The position numbers were made by a program, and so were the translations under genes. DNA of 64,000 nucleotides from Chrysomallon squamiferum (Eukaryota > Animalia > Mollusca): positions 9,672,001 to 9,736,000 of the forward strand of contig CM022666.1 in assembly GCA_012295275.1 (NCBI GenBank), given 5' to 3'. This document shows positions 1-14,000 of this stretch, piece after piece. Position 1 is the first letter of the stretch. The number at the start of each line of letters is the position of its first letter. The notes below the pieces were generated by a model, which worked only from the letters and a program-made list of their open reading frames with translations, had not been told where the DNA came from and searched no databases.

Positions 1-430
1 TAAACTAACAGATAAAAATGTAGAGTACATATGTACACAAGCATGATTATGAAACCATGTTAACCAGATAATTCTGTTTGTACACTAAAACAAATATGAA
101 AGAAAATAAATGTAAAAATGAATATATATTCATTTGTAAGAGAAAACATGACATTTGTACATTAAACAAGGTTAAAAAATAAATAAATAAATAAATCTCA
201 TTTAGACAAATGCATACAGTATTCTGTCATTCCTGTTCAATTATTCTGTTAGAAAGAAAAAATATGTTTTTGCAACCATGTAAATATTTTTTTTTAATTT
301 CCTTTCTTTTTTCCTTTTCTAAGTTTCATCGTTCAGTCTGTCTTGTTTCACAGGGCAATGAAATATTTAATTTGTCTAATAATAATGAGACTTCACGTCC
401 AATGTCAAAAAACAATTTCATTGTTTTAAA

Positions 431-2986
431 GGGTCATTCCATGTCAAATCACTCAATGGTGATTTTTATGAAACTTGGTATACTTGTTGACTGGGATCCC
501 ACAGCACCAAATCTGAAATTTTAGGACCAGTGGTGTGGGAGATATGGCCCCCAAATTTTGAGATATTTTACAATGTGCATTTTCTACATGTATATACTTC
601 TCTGAGTCCAGAAACTCGTCTTTGGAGTCAAAATCCACCTGTCATGTCTGAAAGAATGCTTGAAGGATATGAAAAGATACCAAATGATATGAGATGTTCT
701 ACACAATCAGGCCCAAACGGATGACAGGAAGTGTGGTTTCAGGCATGTCAGGAACTCCTTGAAATCCTCTGGTGAAAACCCCATTGAGCACATGGCAATT
801 AGAAGTTTCTACTACTAATTCTTCTACTACTCTGTCTATTCCCACTACCTTTTCTTCTACTGACAAAATGATCAGTGATGCTATAATGTTTGGTACTAGT
901 AGTTACTTCTAGTACTGCTATTATGACCTGCACCTCCACTACTAGTACTACTAGTACTACTACCACCACCACCACAGGTATTACTTCCACCACCACCACC
1001 AGTACATCTACCATTACTACTGTTACTAGTGGTGCTATTACTATTTTCATTATTAGAACAACTACTACTGTCAACATCATCACTACTTTTATTATTGCAA
1101 ATAATGTTACCTATACTATTACTAGCACCACCATTATATCAACAACTACTACAATAGCTATTTCTTATTTTGCTACTTCTGACACTACTTCTTCTACTAC
1201 TAGCACCTATAATTAATCTTACCATTTCTTCTAATTATATTAACACTCCCTCTACATTATTATTATATCTTCTACTACATCTATGAGACTACTTCCATGA
1301 TTTATACTACTACTTGTAGCATTAATATTGCTTTAATTATCATTGTTATTGTTATCATCATCATTATTATTATTATTACTGGCAGTAGTAATAATACTAC
1401 TAGTACTGCTAGTAGACTACAAATACTTCTATGGGTATTAAAACACTGATACTTCTACAACTACAACTTTTACTATTATTACTTCAACTACTATTACATC
1501 TAATATAAGAATAGTGGTACATTTACTAGTACTATGACCACTATATTTTAAAGTAATACAGTGATTATGCCTGAGATAAAACTAGTCTCAAGATCAATTC
1601 AATTCACTGCGCTATTTCGTGACACTGTCAGCTGTGCTGGACTGTGAAAAATAAGAACAAATCTGTTAATCTGTGCCATCATGAAGAGGACTTTGGGTTC
1701 GAAGGTGAATGGTTTCTTTTTGCAACAAGCTATGGCCTAAGTTCATGTGATGGAACTGGGGGGGGGGATGGTGAAGAGGTTGCTGACAAAGGCCAGTTTG
1801 CAACATCCCTACACAGACCCATTTCTGACCAGTGAGGCTATCATGGACATCTGCATCAAAAGTATTCCAGGTATTCACTTTTTCAACATCACACCAGAAC
1901 ACATAGCAAAGCATGAGTTGGAACTACAAGGGAGGTTTCAAGTGGCAAAAATGGTCAAAGGAACACAGCAATTTCACTGGTTAGTTCCATTATCTAAATC
2001 AAAGATGCATGCCTACAAGCTGAACCTGCAGAGTGACCCACCAGAACTAGTATCTGTCCAGGCTTCTGAGGATGATATGACAGAGTTACCAGAGGAGCCA
2101 AGAAGCAAAACTATATTTGTTGTCTGTATGACAATGAGGCATGGTTTGGGTTAGTTGAGGACATTTGAGAAGAGTATCAGACCTTCTAAGTTATTTCACT
2201 GATTAGCGAAGGGGACATCTTCTGTGTCATTGATACACCTTCTATTGCATCTTCTCAATGGCTGTACTCTCTGACTAAAAAGGATGATGCTAAAATTGCA
2301 AGACTATGGGGGAAGTCGGTGACCGATTGATTCTGTGACTGCTGAACTGGTGAGACGGCAACGAGGGAAGTAGTTTGATATCTTATGATCATAGCATGTG
2401 GGCCTACCATGTTTTACTTGGTGATCAAGAGAGATAGTGATTCCTAGCATCAGGAATTGGTTGTTCAGGTTTTAGCTAATCAGATGTTAGTGGCAGAAAA
2501 GGTGTTATTTTCATGGACATGCAATTTCTGAATGTGTATTGCTGCTATAACTTTTATATGTTTTAGTAAACATTTGGGAGATTAAATTTCAAGAAATGTC
2601 ATCTCAAGGTCTCGTGATCCACAAGGTCAATTTCAACATCATAACAAAGGTCAAAAGGTCAGTATACCCCAACGTTTTCTTCAAACTGAACAATAATGGT
2701 AGATTTGGAATTCTTGTCACATTACCTTTCCAACAATAACAATTTTATGTAGATTGTCCCAGTAGTTCCTGAGATATGAGGATTCAAAGGTTGGTGGTCA
2801 TGCCCATTTTGGCCAAAAATCGCAAAATTCTGGTGGCCGTATCTCCCACACTGCTGGTCCGATTGGCCTAAAATTTCAGATTTGGTGATGTGGGATCCCA
2901 ATCAACAAATATATCACAAAAATCTCAGATGGTTAGGTTTGGTTTAAAATTATTTTGTGGGGGAATGATTTGACATGGAATGACCC
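431..2986 (+). mobile_element. Decayed Sola-like (probably Sola2) DNA transposon with long TIRs
   Basis: Perfect 21-bp terminal inverted repeat GGGTCATTCCATGTCAAATCA (431-451 / 2966-2986), extending as imperfect IR over about 431-563 and 2819-2986; 4-bp direct repeat TAAA on both flanks (427-430, 2987-2990); internal broken transposase-like frame. The superfamily call is inferred from the 4-bp TSD, GGG..CCC ends and protein motif. Confidence 0.75.
1610..2280 (+). pseudogene. Frameshifted transposase remnant inside the Sola-like element
   Basis: ORFs 1644-1835 and 1747-2154 join across the G10 run at 1758-1767 to give KN..NLCHHEEDFGFEGEWFLFATSYGLSSCDGTGG/MVKRLLTKASLQ, resembling the W.FFATSHGKxxCDGxGGxVKR motif of DDD transposases; stops and frameshifts on both sides. 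Confidence 0.7.
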
Positions 2987-3011
2987 TAAATCAAAAGTTT
3001 CGTTTTATTAA

Positions 3012-3206
3012 CCCTTTCAGGGCACAAATAAAAATAAAAATCAACAAGACTAGTTGTTGTTCTGGGCTACTGCAATGTCTGGGAGGCTCTCAGGGCACCA
3101 CTTCTCACAACAAAACAAGAAGATTTTGTTTAATGGCTTTGGGGTAAACGTGCTTTCCACAGTTAATGATTTTAAGTGGACATATCTGCTTATTGCAAAG
3201 AAAGGG
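3012..3206. mobile_element. piggyBac-like MITE
   Basis: TTAA|CCCTTTC ... GAAAGGG|TTAA: TTAA on both flanks (3008-3011, 3207-3210) and 7-bp inverted termini starting CCC; non-coding. Confidence 0.5.
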
Positions 3207-3869
3207 TTAAGTAATGAAAATAGTCGGTAATGTGGCTGCGAAATATAATAATGATTTCAATTAACTTATATTTCCCAATATTCAAACCCTATCTTTTTTA
3301 CATATAATAATCTATATCTAAACCTCCAAGTCTTGTTTTGATAACTTTTCTCAAGAGCTTCAATTCTTAATTTGATCTTTTTTCTACCCCAAAACAGTCT
3401 TTCTAAATAAAGCTTTTGTCCTCTTAAATATAAACCCCAAACCTTTTGGCATCAAACTGTTTTCAATAGTAAGACCAAGTATAATCCTGTCTTTTTTTCT
3501 AACAACATCCAGTACTTCCTGTTATACATCTACCCCCTCTTTTTTACAGTACAAGTTCCCACCTATGTCCAACAATTTCAAATCTCATCTCTTTTCTAAG
3601 CTATGAATTCAAAATTTTGTTCTACAATAACAGATCTCGTCTCTTTTCTAGAATAACAAGACCCAACTCTTTTTTACAACATCAAGTCCTGTCCCTTACT
3701 CTATAACCTTTTTATTTCCTACAACCTCAAGCCCCAAGAGTTTTCTACATTATCATATTCTTCCCCCAACCAGAAAAACACAAATGCTCTCATATATGTA
3801 AGCAAAATATACACACCTAACCAACACTCACACACACATAGACAAACATACAAAACACTCTGTATTTAC

Positions 3870-6060
3870 CTCTTGCAACAGATCCTGGGCTGCTATGGCT
3901 TTCAGAACATTTTTTTTACTTGTCTCCTGCACCTCGCCCCCAAGAAGAAACTCATCCAGCATGAAGTAAGCCTTTTCAAAATTGAATATTATATCTAACT
4001 CACACACCTGTTTAAAAAAATTAAATGAAGCAAAATGTTAGTAGTAAAAATATTTATTCACATTTTAATCAGATTCATCCAATTGTGAAATCACACTCAC
4101 ACACACACACAAATTTTTTTTATACCTTATATTGGAAAGAGTTGTAAAATGAATGTGAACATTTATGCATATTTATTTTAATTTGCCAGTCAGTTAAAAT
4201 TACTTGACAAAAACTTGTTTGGTATGGTGTTAGTTAAATGCTTGTTCCTTTTTACTTGTTATGTAAATTATTAACTAGGTAACAATACTTACACTTCCAA
4301 AATACTTGTCAAGAAGTTCAACATATCTATGAATTATTTCTAAAGTCAACAACTCATTGTCTTCTGGTTCAATAGCACAACAGAAATAGAGACTGGCATA
4401 TCTGTGAAAAACATATGAATATTCATTAAGAACATTAATTTAAAAAAAAAAAAAAAAAAAAATAGTAATAATACTAAATATTCATTAAGTACATTACTAA
4501 AAATAATAGTAATAGCAACATATTAAGTATATTAATAAAAAATAAAATAATCCAAATATTCATTAAGTGTATTAAAAAAAATAATAGTAATAACACAAAA
4601 TATTCAATAAGTATATTAATGACAAGAGAAATAACACAAATATTCATTTATGACATTAATGAAAATAATAGTAATTACACCATCATTTATTTGTACACCT
4701 TTCAAGTTTCTTAATGTATTTGCTTTGAAAAAAAAAATAATAATAATTTTACACATTTAACATTTAAGCTTTTCATTTACATTTACCAAAATTCTTCACT
4801 AACAAATCTGGAGTGTTCATTTCAAGGTCAAAGTCATGGTAAAGGTTAAAAAAGTAAGGTTTAATTTTAAATGTATGTTTATAAAATTAGATCCACTGCT
4901 TGGCAAGAAACAATGGTCTAACAATGATGATGCCCATTTTTTCGAGAAAGAAAAACAACTAAAGAATCAAACATGTCAGATTACATCTTAATATAAAGAT
5001 CCAGTGAAACAAAACTATCCAAATGTAATATATCATTTATTTTAGCATTTAAAAAAAAAAAAAATTAATGTTTTGCTGACATTAAAAGTTATATCAAAAT
5101 TAACCTTTTGTAAACTATTTTGAGGTCTTTCCATTCCAAAAAACTGCACATTTTTGGTTTCCTTGACAACACCATAGTAACCAATTCTCTAGTTATCTTC
5201 TTTTTTTGTTTGTCTGTGTGGGCTTCATACCACTTCTGAAGTCTCAACTTGCCTTGCCGGCTAAACAGCAACATAAACTGCATCTGAATCGAACACAAAA
5301 CATACTGCATTCACTATACTGTACTAAACATCATTAAATAAAAGACCACATCTTCTCATAAACAGCCCAACAAAAAAGCATTTAAATTACAATACATAAA
5401 GTATATAATATTGTAACAGAATCTGTGGTATAGAAAATAAAATGCATGTTCAAAAACCTATAAAAATAGTATTTTCAATAACCTTTCAAAAAAAAAAAAA
5501 AAAACTTCATCTACAATTGGCAAGCAAAAATTATCAAAGATATACACGATTTTTGTCGTAAATAATTCAAGTACTTGACAGTAGTCAGAAGGTTAAACAG
5601 TTCTATAAACTGGCCAAAAATATAATTTCTATTTTTAGCAAGTGACTAAACATTAAAACTCTCGGCTGTTAAACCTTTTTATTGTAAAACTAAAAAGTAT
5701 TAATATTAATAATAATTAAATATTAATATATAATTACTATTCACAATTCAAATAATTTTGCCTCTTTGATATTTACGAGTGAGAATAAAATACAAAAAAG
5801 ACACCAAATTCTGTTTAACATGGCTCTCTCTCATATGACAAATAGATCAAATGCATTCTAAGAAAAAAAAAATAACAATAAAAAAAAAAAGCTGACTCAT
5901 CTATCAGTCGCCATCGTCGCAGAATGCATACTGCATATACAGTACAAGAGTATTGTTCTTACAATAAAAAGTTTATCAGATATAAATAAGAAAAAGTTAT
6001 AGACATTCATCATGGCAAAAATATTAATTTGGTAATATCCGAATTAACCTAACTAACCAT
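3870..6060 (-). CDS. AP1S2: AP-1 adaptor complex sigma subunit (3'-partial)
   Basis: Exons complement(6058-6060 [ATG|gttagt], 5105-5283, 4293-4401, 3870-4007), all GT-AG, phases consistent. Translation [20 protein letters not shown]...[15 protein letters not shown]...[46 protein letters not shown]. Final exon not found, probably left of position 1. The symbol is the closest vertebrate paralogue. Confidence 0.95.
4415..4680. repeat. AT-rich minisatellite (~42-bp unit, ~6 copies) next to the AP1S exon 3 acceptor
   Basis: Recurring AATATTCATTAAGTACATTA..AAAATAATAGTAATAAC units. Confidence 0.7.
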
Positions 6061-6099
6061 TTTTATCAAAGTTTGTTAATAAAATCTGCAACAAATCAC

Positions 6100-6155
6100 A
6101 CATCAGTCAGCCATTTTTAATATATGCTGTGTGCTACGTCACTTCGGACGTCCAA
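6100..6155 (-). promoter_or_regulatory. Probable AP1S core promoter
   Basis: YY1-like AAAATGGCTG (minus, ~6108-6117) and CRE-like GTGACGTA about 50-80 bp upstream of the ATG exon, in a locally CpG-richer patch. Confidence 0.4.
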
Positions 6156-6379
6156 TATATCCTCTTCTTTAGTAACTTCCTTCTTAAAACCGCTAGCCTC
6201 CGAACAGGCACATGTATAGGCTCCTTTTAAAAATTCTCTATAAAAACTGTATACCAAAATGAGTTTGTGCTTCAAGGTGCAATATCATAAATATGGCAAA
6301 AAATTTGATAGAAAATATTTTGTAAAGTGTACTTTTCTAGTATTATGCATTTCTTATCACAGACACACACGCACACATC

Positions 6380-6412
<33 letters not shown>

Positions 6413-6809
6413 TAAACAGATTGTCTGGAGAAAAAATAAAGAAAAAAGAAGAATATAAAATAAATAAATAAATAAATAAATAGGATTAAAGGCAGCAACA
6501 AGGAATCGCCTGGAACTGATGACATGTGTCCCTCCGAATGGCCAGTACGGGAACTCGTACTAAGTACCAGAACATGTGTCAATATTTTATATTTGCAGTA
6601 CATGATTGTAGTTTCGTCATGCCATGTCGTAACCGACTGTTCTTCATTCATACAATCTTTGTTTAATCTATCACAATTTACCTCATTAATGAAATCAGAG
6701 TAAGTGTATCTCTTAAATTACTCATAATTATGATCAGTTACTTTCTCAGTATGGACTTCCGGACGGTCTACTGTAATAAATAAATAAAATAAAAATTATA
6801 ATTAATAAA

Positions 6810-6854
<45 letters not shown>

Positions 6855-7070
6855 AACATGTAGATGGGGAATAAAGCAAAACACTTTTCCTTGCAATACC
6901 CATAAAATGAAAGAAGTCACCATCTGCCTTGCATTCTCACCTTGGCACTATTTGCTGAGCAGAACCGGTCTCCCCAACACGCTTACGTGAATGCATCTAC
7001 GTGAAAATGGTTCGTGATTCGTTTTCCGTCCAGTATAATGGTTCGGTTGTCACGTAAATATTGTACAATT

Positions 7071-7111
<41 letters not shown>

Positions 7112-7690
7112 GTGAATATTTTACACTGACAGAATTTCTAAATCAGTATACTGAAAATAGGCTTTCCAACGAAAATCCTGGTTGGAAATATTATAATTTT
7201 GTTATTCCGTCAGCTACTTGTTAAAATTACAAAATGTTAAAACTTACATACATTTGCATTTCAACCTCTTCACAGTATACCCCCTTTTTAAAAAAAAAAT
7301 AAAAATAAAAAGATTTAAAATATTGAAAAGAAAAAAGAAACTTGTTTTCAGGTTGCTGACATCACTCTCTGTGTGTGTGATTTTGTTTATATTTATTAAT
7401 TTGTTTCAATATGTGGAGGGCATGCGTTTCGCGGTGTAATTCTTACACGACACTGGGCAGAAGTGAGAAAAGCAGAAGGCAAGAACATGAGTATCACGAA
7501 AACTACGACAGCAGTGTATGTATAAATATGTAATGAAAGAAATGTTCTGATTAATTAACATTTCACATATAATATACGTGCCAAATTTCATCAATATATG
7601 ATTTTTGGAGTGCAAAATACAAACTGAAACGGGTACAAATCGCACTGACAGTCTCTGTTCTGTTGACTAAAATGTACTTCTTGTTTCGAG

Positions 7691-7691
<1 letters not shown>

Positions 7692-7757
<66 letters not shown>
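7692..7757. repeat. (AAT)n microsatellite
   Basis: Perfect trinucleotide run; one of dozens of (AAT/ATT)n tracts in the window. Confidence 0.95.
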
Positions 7758-8190
7758 TAATTAATTAATTAATTAAATTATTATTATTATTTAAATTAAT
7801 TGTGTGTATATGTTTTGTTTTGTTTTGTTTTATAAAAGTAGGGGTTTATTGGATATTAGAAACAACAAAAGAGCTAAGTTATGTAAGTTACATTTTGCTA
7901 TGATTTTACTTTTTATTAATTTTGCAGTTTAGGTGAACACCTTATAAGCAGCGATTTTACCAAATATTTTGTCCAAATATAACAAATTTTAATTGTTGTA
8001 TGTTTAATTAATTATTCTGTATCAACATATATAATTTTCTTTAAGTATTTATTTATTTATTTATTTTATTTTATTTTATTATTTATTTCTTTAAGTGTAC
8101 ACAGAAGTAGCTGATCAAAGTAACTGGACAAGGAAACAACTGAAGTTCATACTTAGTAATTAACAGACTAATTTTCGGGCTACTTTACAC

Positions 8191-8771
8191 CTACTTACTC
8201 GTTTGCTTCACATGGTTACCTCGCCATGGAATAATCTCTATTATGTTGTGCTCGTGTTTTGTGCAGTATTTTGCCAAATTTCCATAGATCCTAAGAGAGT
8301 GCAAAGGACAGAACTGAGAAGAAGAAGTGGATGGTGTCCACTCAATTACAGCATGAAATCATAGGAAGACGTGAGCAAGGTGCGCATGTAGGCAGTACGA
8401 GTGTAGTACTTTTATGATAAGTACCATAATGGAGCAGAAGGAGTTGATAAAGGCTATAATACCAGCCAAAGGTGTTAAAATACTTTCTAAGCTGCAGACC
8501 TCTCCATGAAAAGATGGAGAAACCCTAACCCTGTACACTTTACAAAACCAATTTATTTCTTTACATTCTCTTTTATTTTGTTTTTATACAATATTTGTCA
8601 TTTGTACATACATTTTTCTTGTTTAAAAACAAATTACAAAATTGGGGTGGTTTTTGGAGGGCTGGAATGGATTAATGGTATTTCAGTTGGGAAAATTGAT
8701 TTGATATACGAGCAAATTGAGATATAGCTCGGTCATGGAACAAATTAAACTTGTAAGTCAAGGTACCACTG
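8191..8771 (+). mobile_element. Tigger/pogo-like non-autonomous element, 5'-truncated copy
   Basis: Collinear with ~35170-35768; right TIR ...AAACTTGTAAGTCAAGGTACCACTG followed by TA; decayed transposase N-terminus. Confidence 0.8.
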
Positions 8772-9573
8772 TATTTATTAATAAACACTAAAAATAGTGG
8801 GTAGTGGGGTTTCTCAGTACACCAGATAAATACTAATTTCAGTGTAATTTAAAATATTCATGTAGCAAAAAAAACAAAAGTTAATTAAAATTTAAAAACT
8901 GTTTTAACGCTGTCATCTTTTATTTGTTACTTGTGTGAGGATAAATACAACATATCTGATAACTGACAAATACACACAAACCAACATACAGATTGAAAGA
9001 TGTATTAAAAACTCAAAGCTGTTTTATTTAAATTTTATTCATCGTTCTACAAACAAGCATGACATGATTTCACATTATCCAGAATTCAACATTAATTTCC
9101 ACAAATTTTATAACTGTTTAAAATTTATAAGCAGTCCATTTTTGATATTAATTATCATTGTTAAGATTAATGCTCATCAAAATTATCAACATATACCTTG
9201 TAAAACTTCTATTTTAATCTATTCCTATTAAAACATGCATCATTTACAACTGTACAATTAATATAAATAATAAATAAATAATTAAATTTGAGCTTATACT
9301 TTTTGTAACAAATTCAGTAAATATGCATTAATAATAATAATAATGATAATGATAGAAATAATAATAATAATAGCAACAATAGTACTATGTCTATTATAAA
9401 ATAATGATAAATAGCAATAAAAATTAAAAGCATATTGAATTTTTGCCCTATTTCTAGAACATCTGATTCAAAAATCGCCACAATGAGAAAACTTTGATTT
9501 TATGTACACTATAAATACAATTAGGAAGACAACTATGAACACTTTAAAAGATATAAACACAAAATTCAAATGG

Positions 9574-9613
<40 letters not shown>

Positions 9614-11056
9614 TTCAGTACAAAGTATATGTCTATGTATATGTGTCTGATGGAACCAGCAATAAACAGTTCTTATTCAGTTCTTTTTTGCGTTCATAAA
9701 TATTTTAATTTTTTTTCAAGAACGCTCATTTTAAAGATTTTTCTTATCATTTATCATCAGTGTTTGTATAATCATAATAATCGTAAGAAGAAAAAAAAAA
9801 ATAATAATAATAACAGAATTTAAAACATGTTAATAATCATACATTTAGCACATTTTTTTTATTATTATTGGTAAAAAAAAAAAAAAAAAACTATGTAAAA
9901 AATTAACACAGACAAAACAACATTAATAAAATATAAAACATTATTTGACTGCTTACAATACTGTGAGCATTAATTAATATTTTAATTTGGAAAATATATT
10001 CAATACGTTTATAAAAATTCTATGTAACTGGATTACATTCACTCTTGAAAACAAAATCTTTTATTTAACTTTTGTTTCTGGTTTTATTTTAGTTAAACAA
10101 CCATCTTACATTGCATTAACAAACTGAATCAACCATTTCATGATTAAATAATAACTGACTAGAAAATAATCCCAATGAATTACTTCAATATCTCTACTTT
10201 ACTACATAAATGTTTCTTCCAGATTTTTAATTTTAATTTTATTATTATTTATTATAGACACTTTAAGTCAATTTACAACTTACAAAAAGTATGACCAGTA
10301 AAGAAGAAACTGCATATACTTAAACAAAAAAATGTGTCTGCAATAAATAAAATGACAAAACTACAATAACAGCTCAATATTTTTTACACTTCTTAATCTG
10401 TGAAAAAATTAAAATTTCATCCTATCAGTATCACTACAATCTCAATTTATTAATTTATATTTCAGAATGGTTTTAATGAAAGTTGTAAAGAATTATAATA
10501 AATATCCCTTTAGTAAAGTATTCTGCAGAAAAAAATTTAATTTAAAAATCACATGAAAGAAGAGGACCTACCCCATTTTGATCTGCTCTTTGCAAGTTAT
10601 ATACTCTTGGTAGAGTTTAAGTATGAAAAATACATTCACCCCATTCAGTTCACTCTAGCGATGTCACTTATAAATAATAATACAATAATTTATTCATAAC
10701 AACTGCATCCCTTTTTTCCTTGGTATCAGTTCTTCAGTAACAACCCTGTTAAGCAATTACAGATAATACCCTTTTGTAACAACTTCCTTTTACTACAACA
10801 ATAATGCATTAGAGAAATGTCCCTTACAAACAACATTTCGTCATAGTTATGTTCCTTTACAACTACGGCTAATTAACTCTGGTCCCATGATTTTTCTTCA
10901 AAGAGAAACAAACAAGTATCAACACAGATATCAAGTTTTGCTGTTTTGTATCAATAAAAAAAGATTGTGATGTTAAGAAAAAAGAAATATATATAATGCT
11001 GACTAAAAAATTTTCTTCTATAACAACGTGAAAATAATACTCCACCTTTCTTTGTC

Positions 11057-14000
11057 TCAGTGTATAACATTTGACAGATCCCACAACTGTAAAACAAAAC
11101 ACAAATCTTAGAAAGAAAAAAAATGAAAGTTGCATATTCAGACCAAAATAAAAAAATTAGATTTCAGAAAAGAATCATAATTTAAATTCTAATTTAAAAA
11201 CCTAAAGTTCTTTTTCACAAATAAAAATATCTTTTTAATTTTTAATTTTTTTTAATTTTTTTTTTTATTATTATTTTATTTTTCACTATGTAAAATTTAC
11301 ATTATTTCAACATAATATGGATAATAATTTTTGTTTAACTATATATATAACTATGTATATATATATGTGTGTGTGTATGTGTATGTGTAAAAAAAATAGT
11401 AAACAAACTTATTTTTAAACTTTTGTAAAAAGCATGAATATAAAAGGCAAAATTCATTTAACTTTTTCTGGTTCAAATGAACAAATAACAAAAATTTAAT
11501 TTAACTTTAGTATAATAAGGTCTCTAAAATAAAAGAATAACATCTGTGTTTACCTTCATGATTCTGTCTTTTCCCACAGTAAGTAACTGTTTACGAGTTT
11601 CATCCAGATGCATGTAAACAATGCTGTGTTTAGTATCATGGAATGTAGCAAGTGGAGCACGACTGAAATCACAAAATAACAAACAGTTATCAGTTCTCTA
11701 ACACTGTTATGTCAACTTGTATCAGTTACTAAATAATGTTCAGAATTTAGAACAAATATTGTACAAGACCAATGTTGTCTTTTGTATTACGTTGTATTAA
11801 TTTTTTTGTATGTGAACGGCTCATTTTTTTAATTTTTATCAAATCATCAAATAATTTTAACAATATCTTACAATATAATATTTGTAATGTTAAATACAAA
11901 GGAAATTAATATAAAACTATTTGTTGTCATAATCCATTTAAATTTTTAATGTTTTCAGACAGTAAAATTTTATTTATTTATTAAAGTATACCTGTAGATA
12001 TATGAAGAAAGAAATCTTAATATGTTCTAAATTCTTGTAGATTGATTTATCAGTTTTCTGCAGTCCTGTTTTACTTAATAACAGCAAAAGAGCCACGTTT
12101 CCATAGTTATGACATCATCACACACAACGCAGATCTAGTTGCTACAAAGTTTCTTTATTAAGCCATTTATCCATATTACCACAAAAACACTGAAAGATGT
12201 TGACTTACTCATCATCAGTGATTGTGGAGATACATTCATCACAGATCCTGACTTCATACTCATAGCCTAGCTGGGGAATAGTTGATTTTTGAGCACTACA
12301 TTTGGCACATGTTGCTTTGCCACACTTTCTACAGTGATGCTACAAAAACACGTGGAAAAATAGTTAAGATTAGAAATATGGTTAAAAGATATTTCAACTT
12401 ATTATGTTTGTCTAAAAATTCATCTTCACGATTTATTTAGATGTTTTAATTTTCATAAAAAGATTCTTCATATAACATAAAATATAGCATGAGTTTATCT
12501 GCACACAATAACTTACCTGTATATAATATACAATATATATAACTAAATATGACAAAGCACACAGCATTTATCTTTATCTGGATGTTAAATGCATGAACTT
12601 TTATAAGGCAGTACAAAATATATTTGAACTAATTATAACAAAAGACAAGTCTATTTACATGTATAGACAATACACAATTTACCTATAAAGACTATAAATA
12701 TTTATGTTTACCTGTGTATAACAGTACCATAATTTACCCATATATGACAATATATAATTTACCTGTTAATGACAATACAGAATTTACCTGGATCTGACAA
12801 TACAAAATTTACCTCTGTGACAATATACAATTATATCTACCTATATATGACAATAAACAATTATGTTTAACTGTATATGACAATACACAATCTAGCTGTA
12901 TATGTCAATTCACAATTAACAGTATATGACAATACAAAATTCTGTTTACCTACATATGGCAATACACTATTTACCTCCATATGGCAATATACAGTTTACT
13001 TGTATATGACAATACACTATTAAAACTATATGACAATACACAATTCTGTTTATCTACATATGGCAATACACAATTCAGTTTACCTCCACATATGGCAATA
13101 CACAGTCTACTTTATATGACAATACTCAACTTACTTGTAATTACAATACGCAATTTACTTGTCTATGACAATACTCAATTTACCTGTCTATGACAATACT
13201 CAATTTACCTGTCTAATTCCAATCTTTTTATCATCCCACATCTTTCGAAAGTTCCAGAAAAAAGGTGAACTACATTTCTGACAGGTGTCACTTTCTGCCC
13301 ATTCTGGGGTCTAAAAATAAAAATGATATTAACATTACTGAGATTTAAACAATGAATAGAAGAGAAAACCTCTTTAATTTATAACAGATATAAGTATTAG
13401 TAATGGAGTGATAAAAAGTATTGAACAAAAACATACTGGAAATTGTGGCATTCAAGTCAACTGGCACACAAGGTAACTTCAGGATTTTTAGTTCAAACTT
13501 CTCAGTTAGATTTATACTATCATATATGTCAATCCCTGAACACGTTGTAGGCAACCAGTGGACCAAAAGTTTGGTCTAATTGAGGATAGGTTACAGTATA
13601 CAATAACCTGTGCTTAAATACATAATACGGTCAGGCCACTTAATTCTGGCATTAACCATAATATCTTTCTGTATATATTTATAGCAAATGACCTAAAACA
13701 GAATGGTAGGTATACTGTACCAGTACAGCAAACATCTAAAATATGTCAGGTCCACTGATAACACATTCAAGTAAACATACACACTTATGTGACGCATTTA
13801 AAGCATTTTAATTTAAATAAGACCACACTTAATCATCATACATTGTCAAAATTCTTAGAGAAAAATATAATTAAATGCATTAATAAAACATTAGGTTTTA
13901 ATTATATGTGCAAAAACTGTAGACTAGTATATTTAAAATCACCTCTCACTAAGTATATATATATGAAAAAAATGTAGATTAATAAAATTAAATTAGAATA

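Noticed and set aside
890-1216. Thr-rich mucin-like ORF
   Set aside because: Translation of a degenerate (ACT/ACC)n microsatellite inside a transposon; no splice or domain support.
8522-8533. Telomere-like AACCCTAACCCT
   Set aside because: Two units only, part of the Tigger-like element junction.
12650-13215. CRISPR-like repeat array
   Set aside because: Head-to-tail units with no unique spacers, inside a eukaryotic intron, no cas genes.
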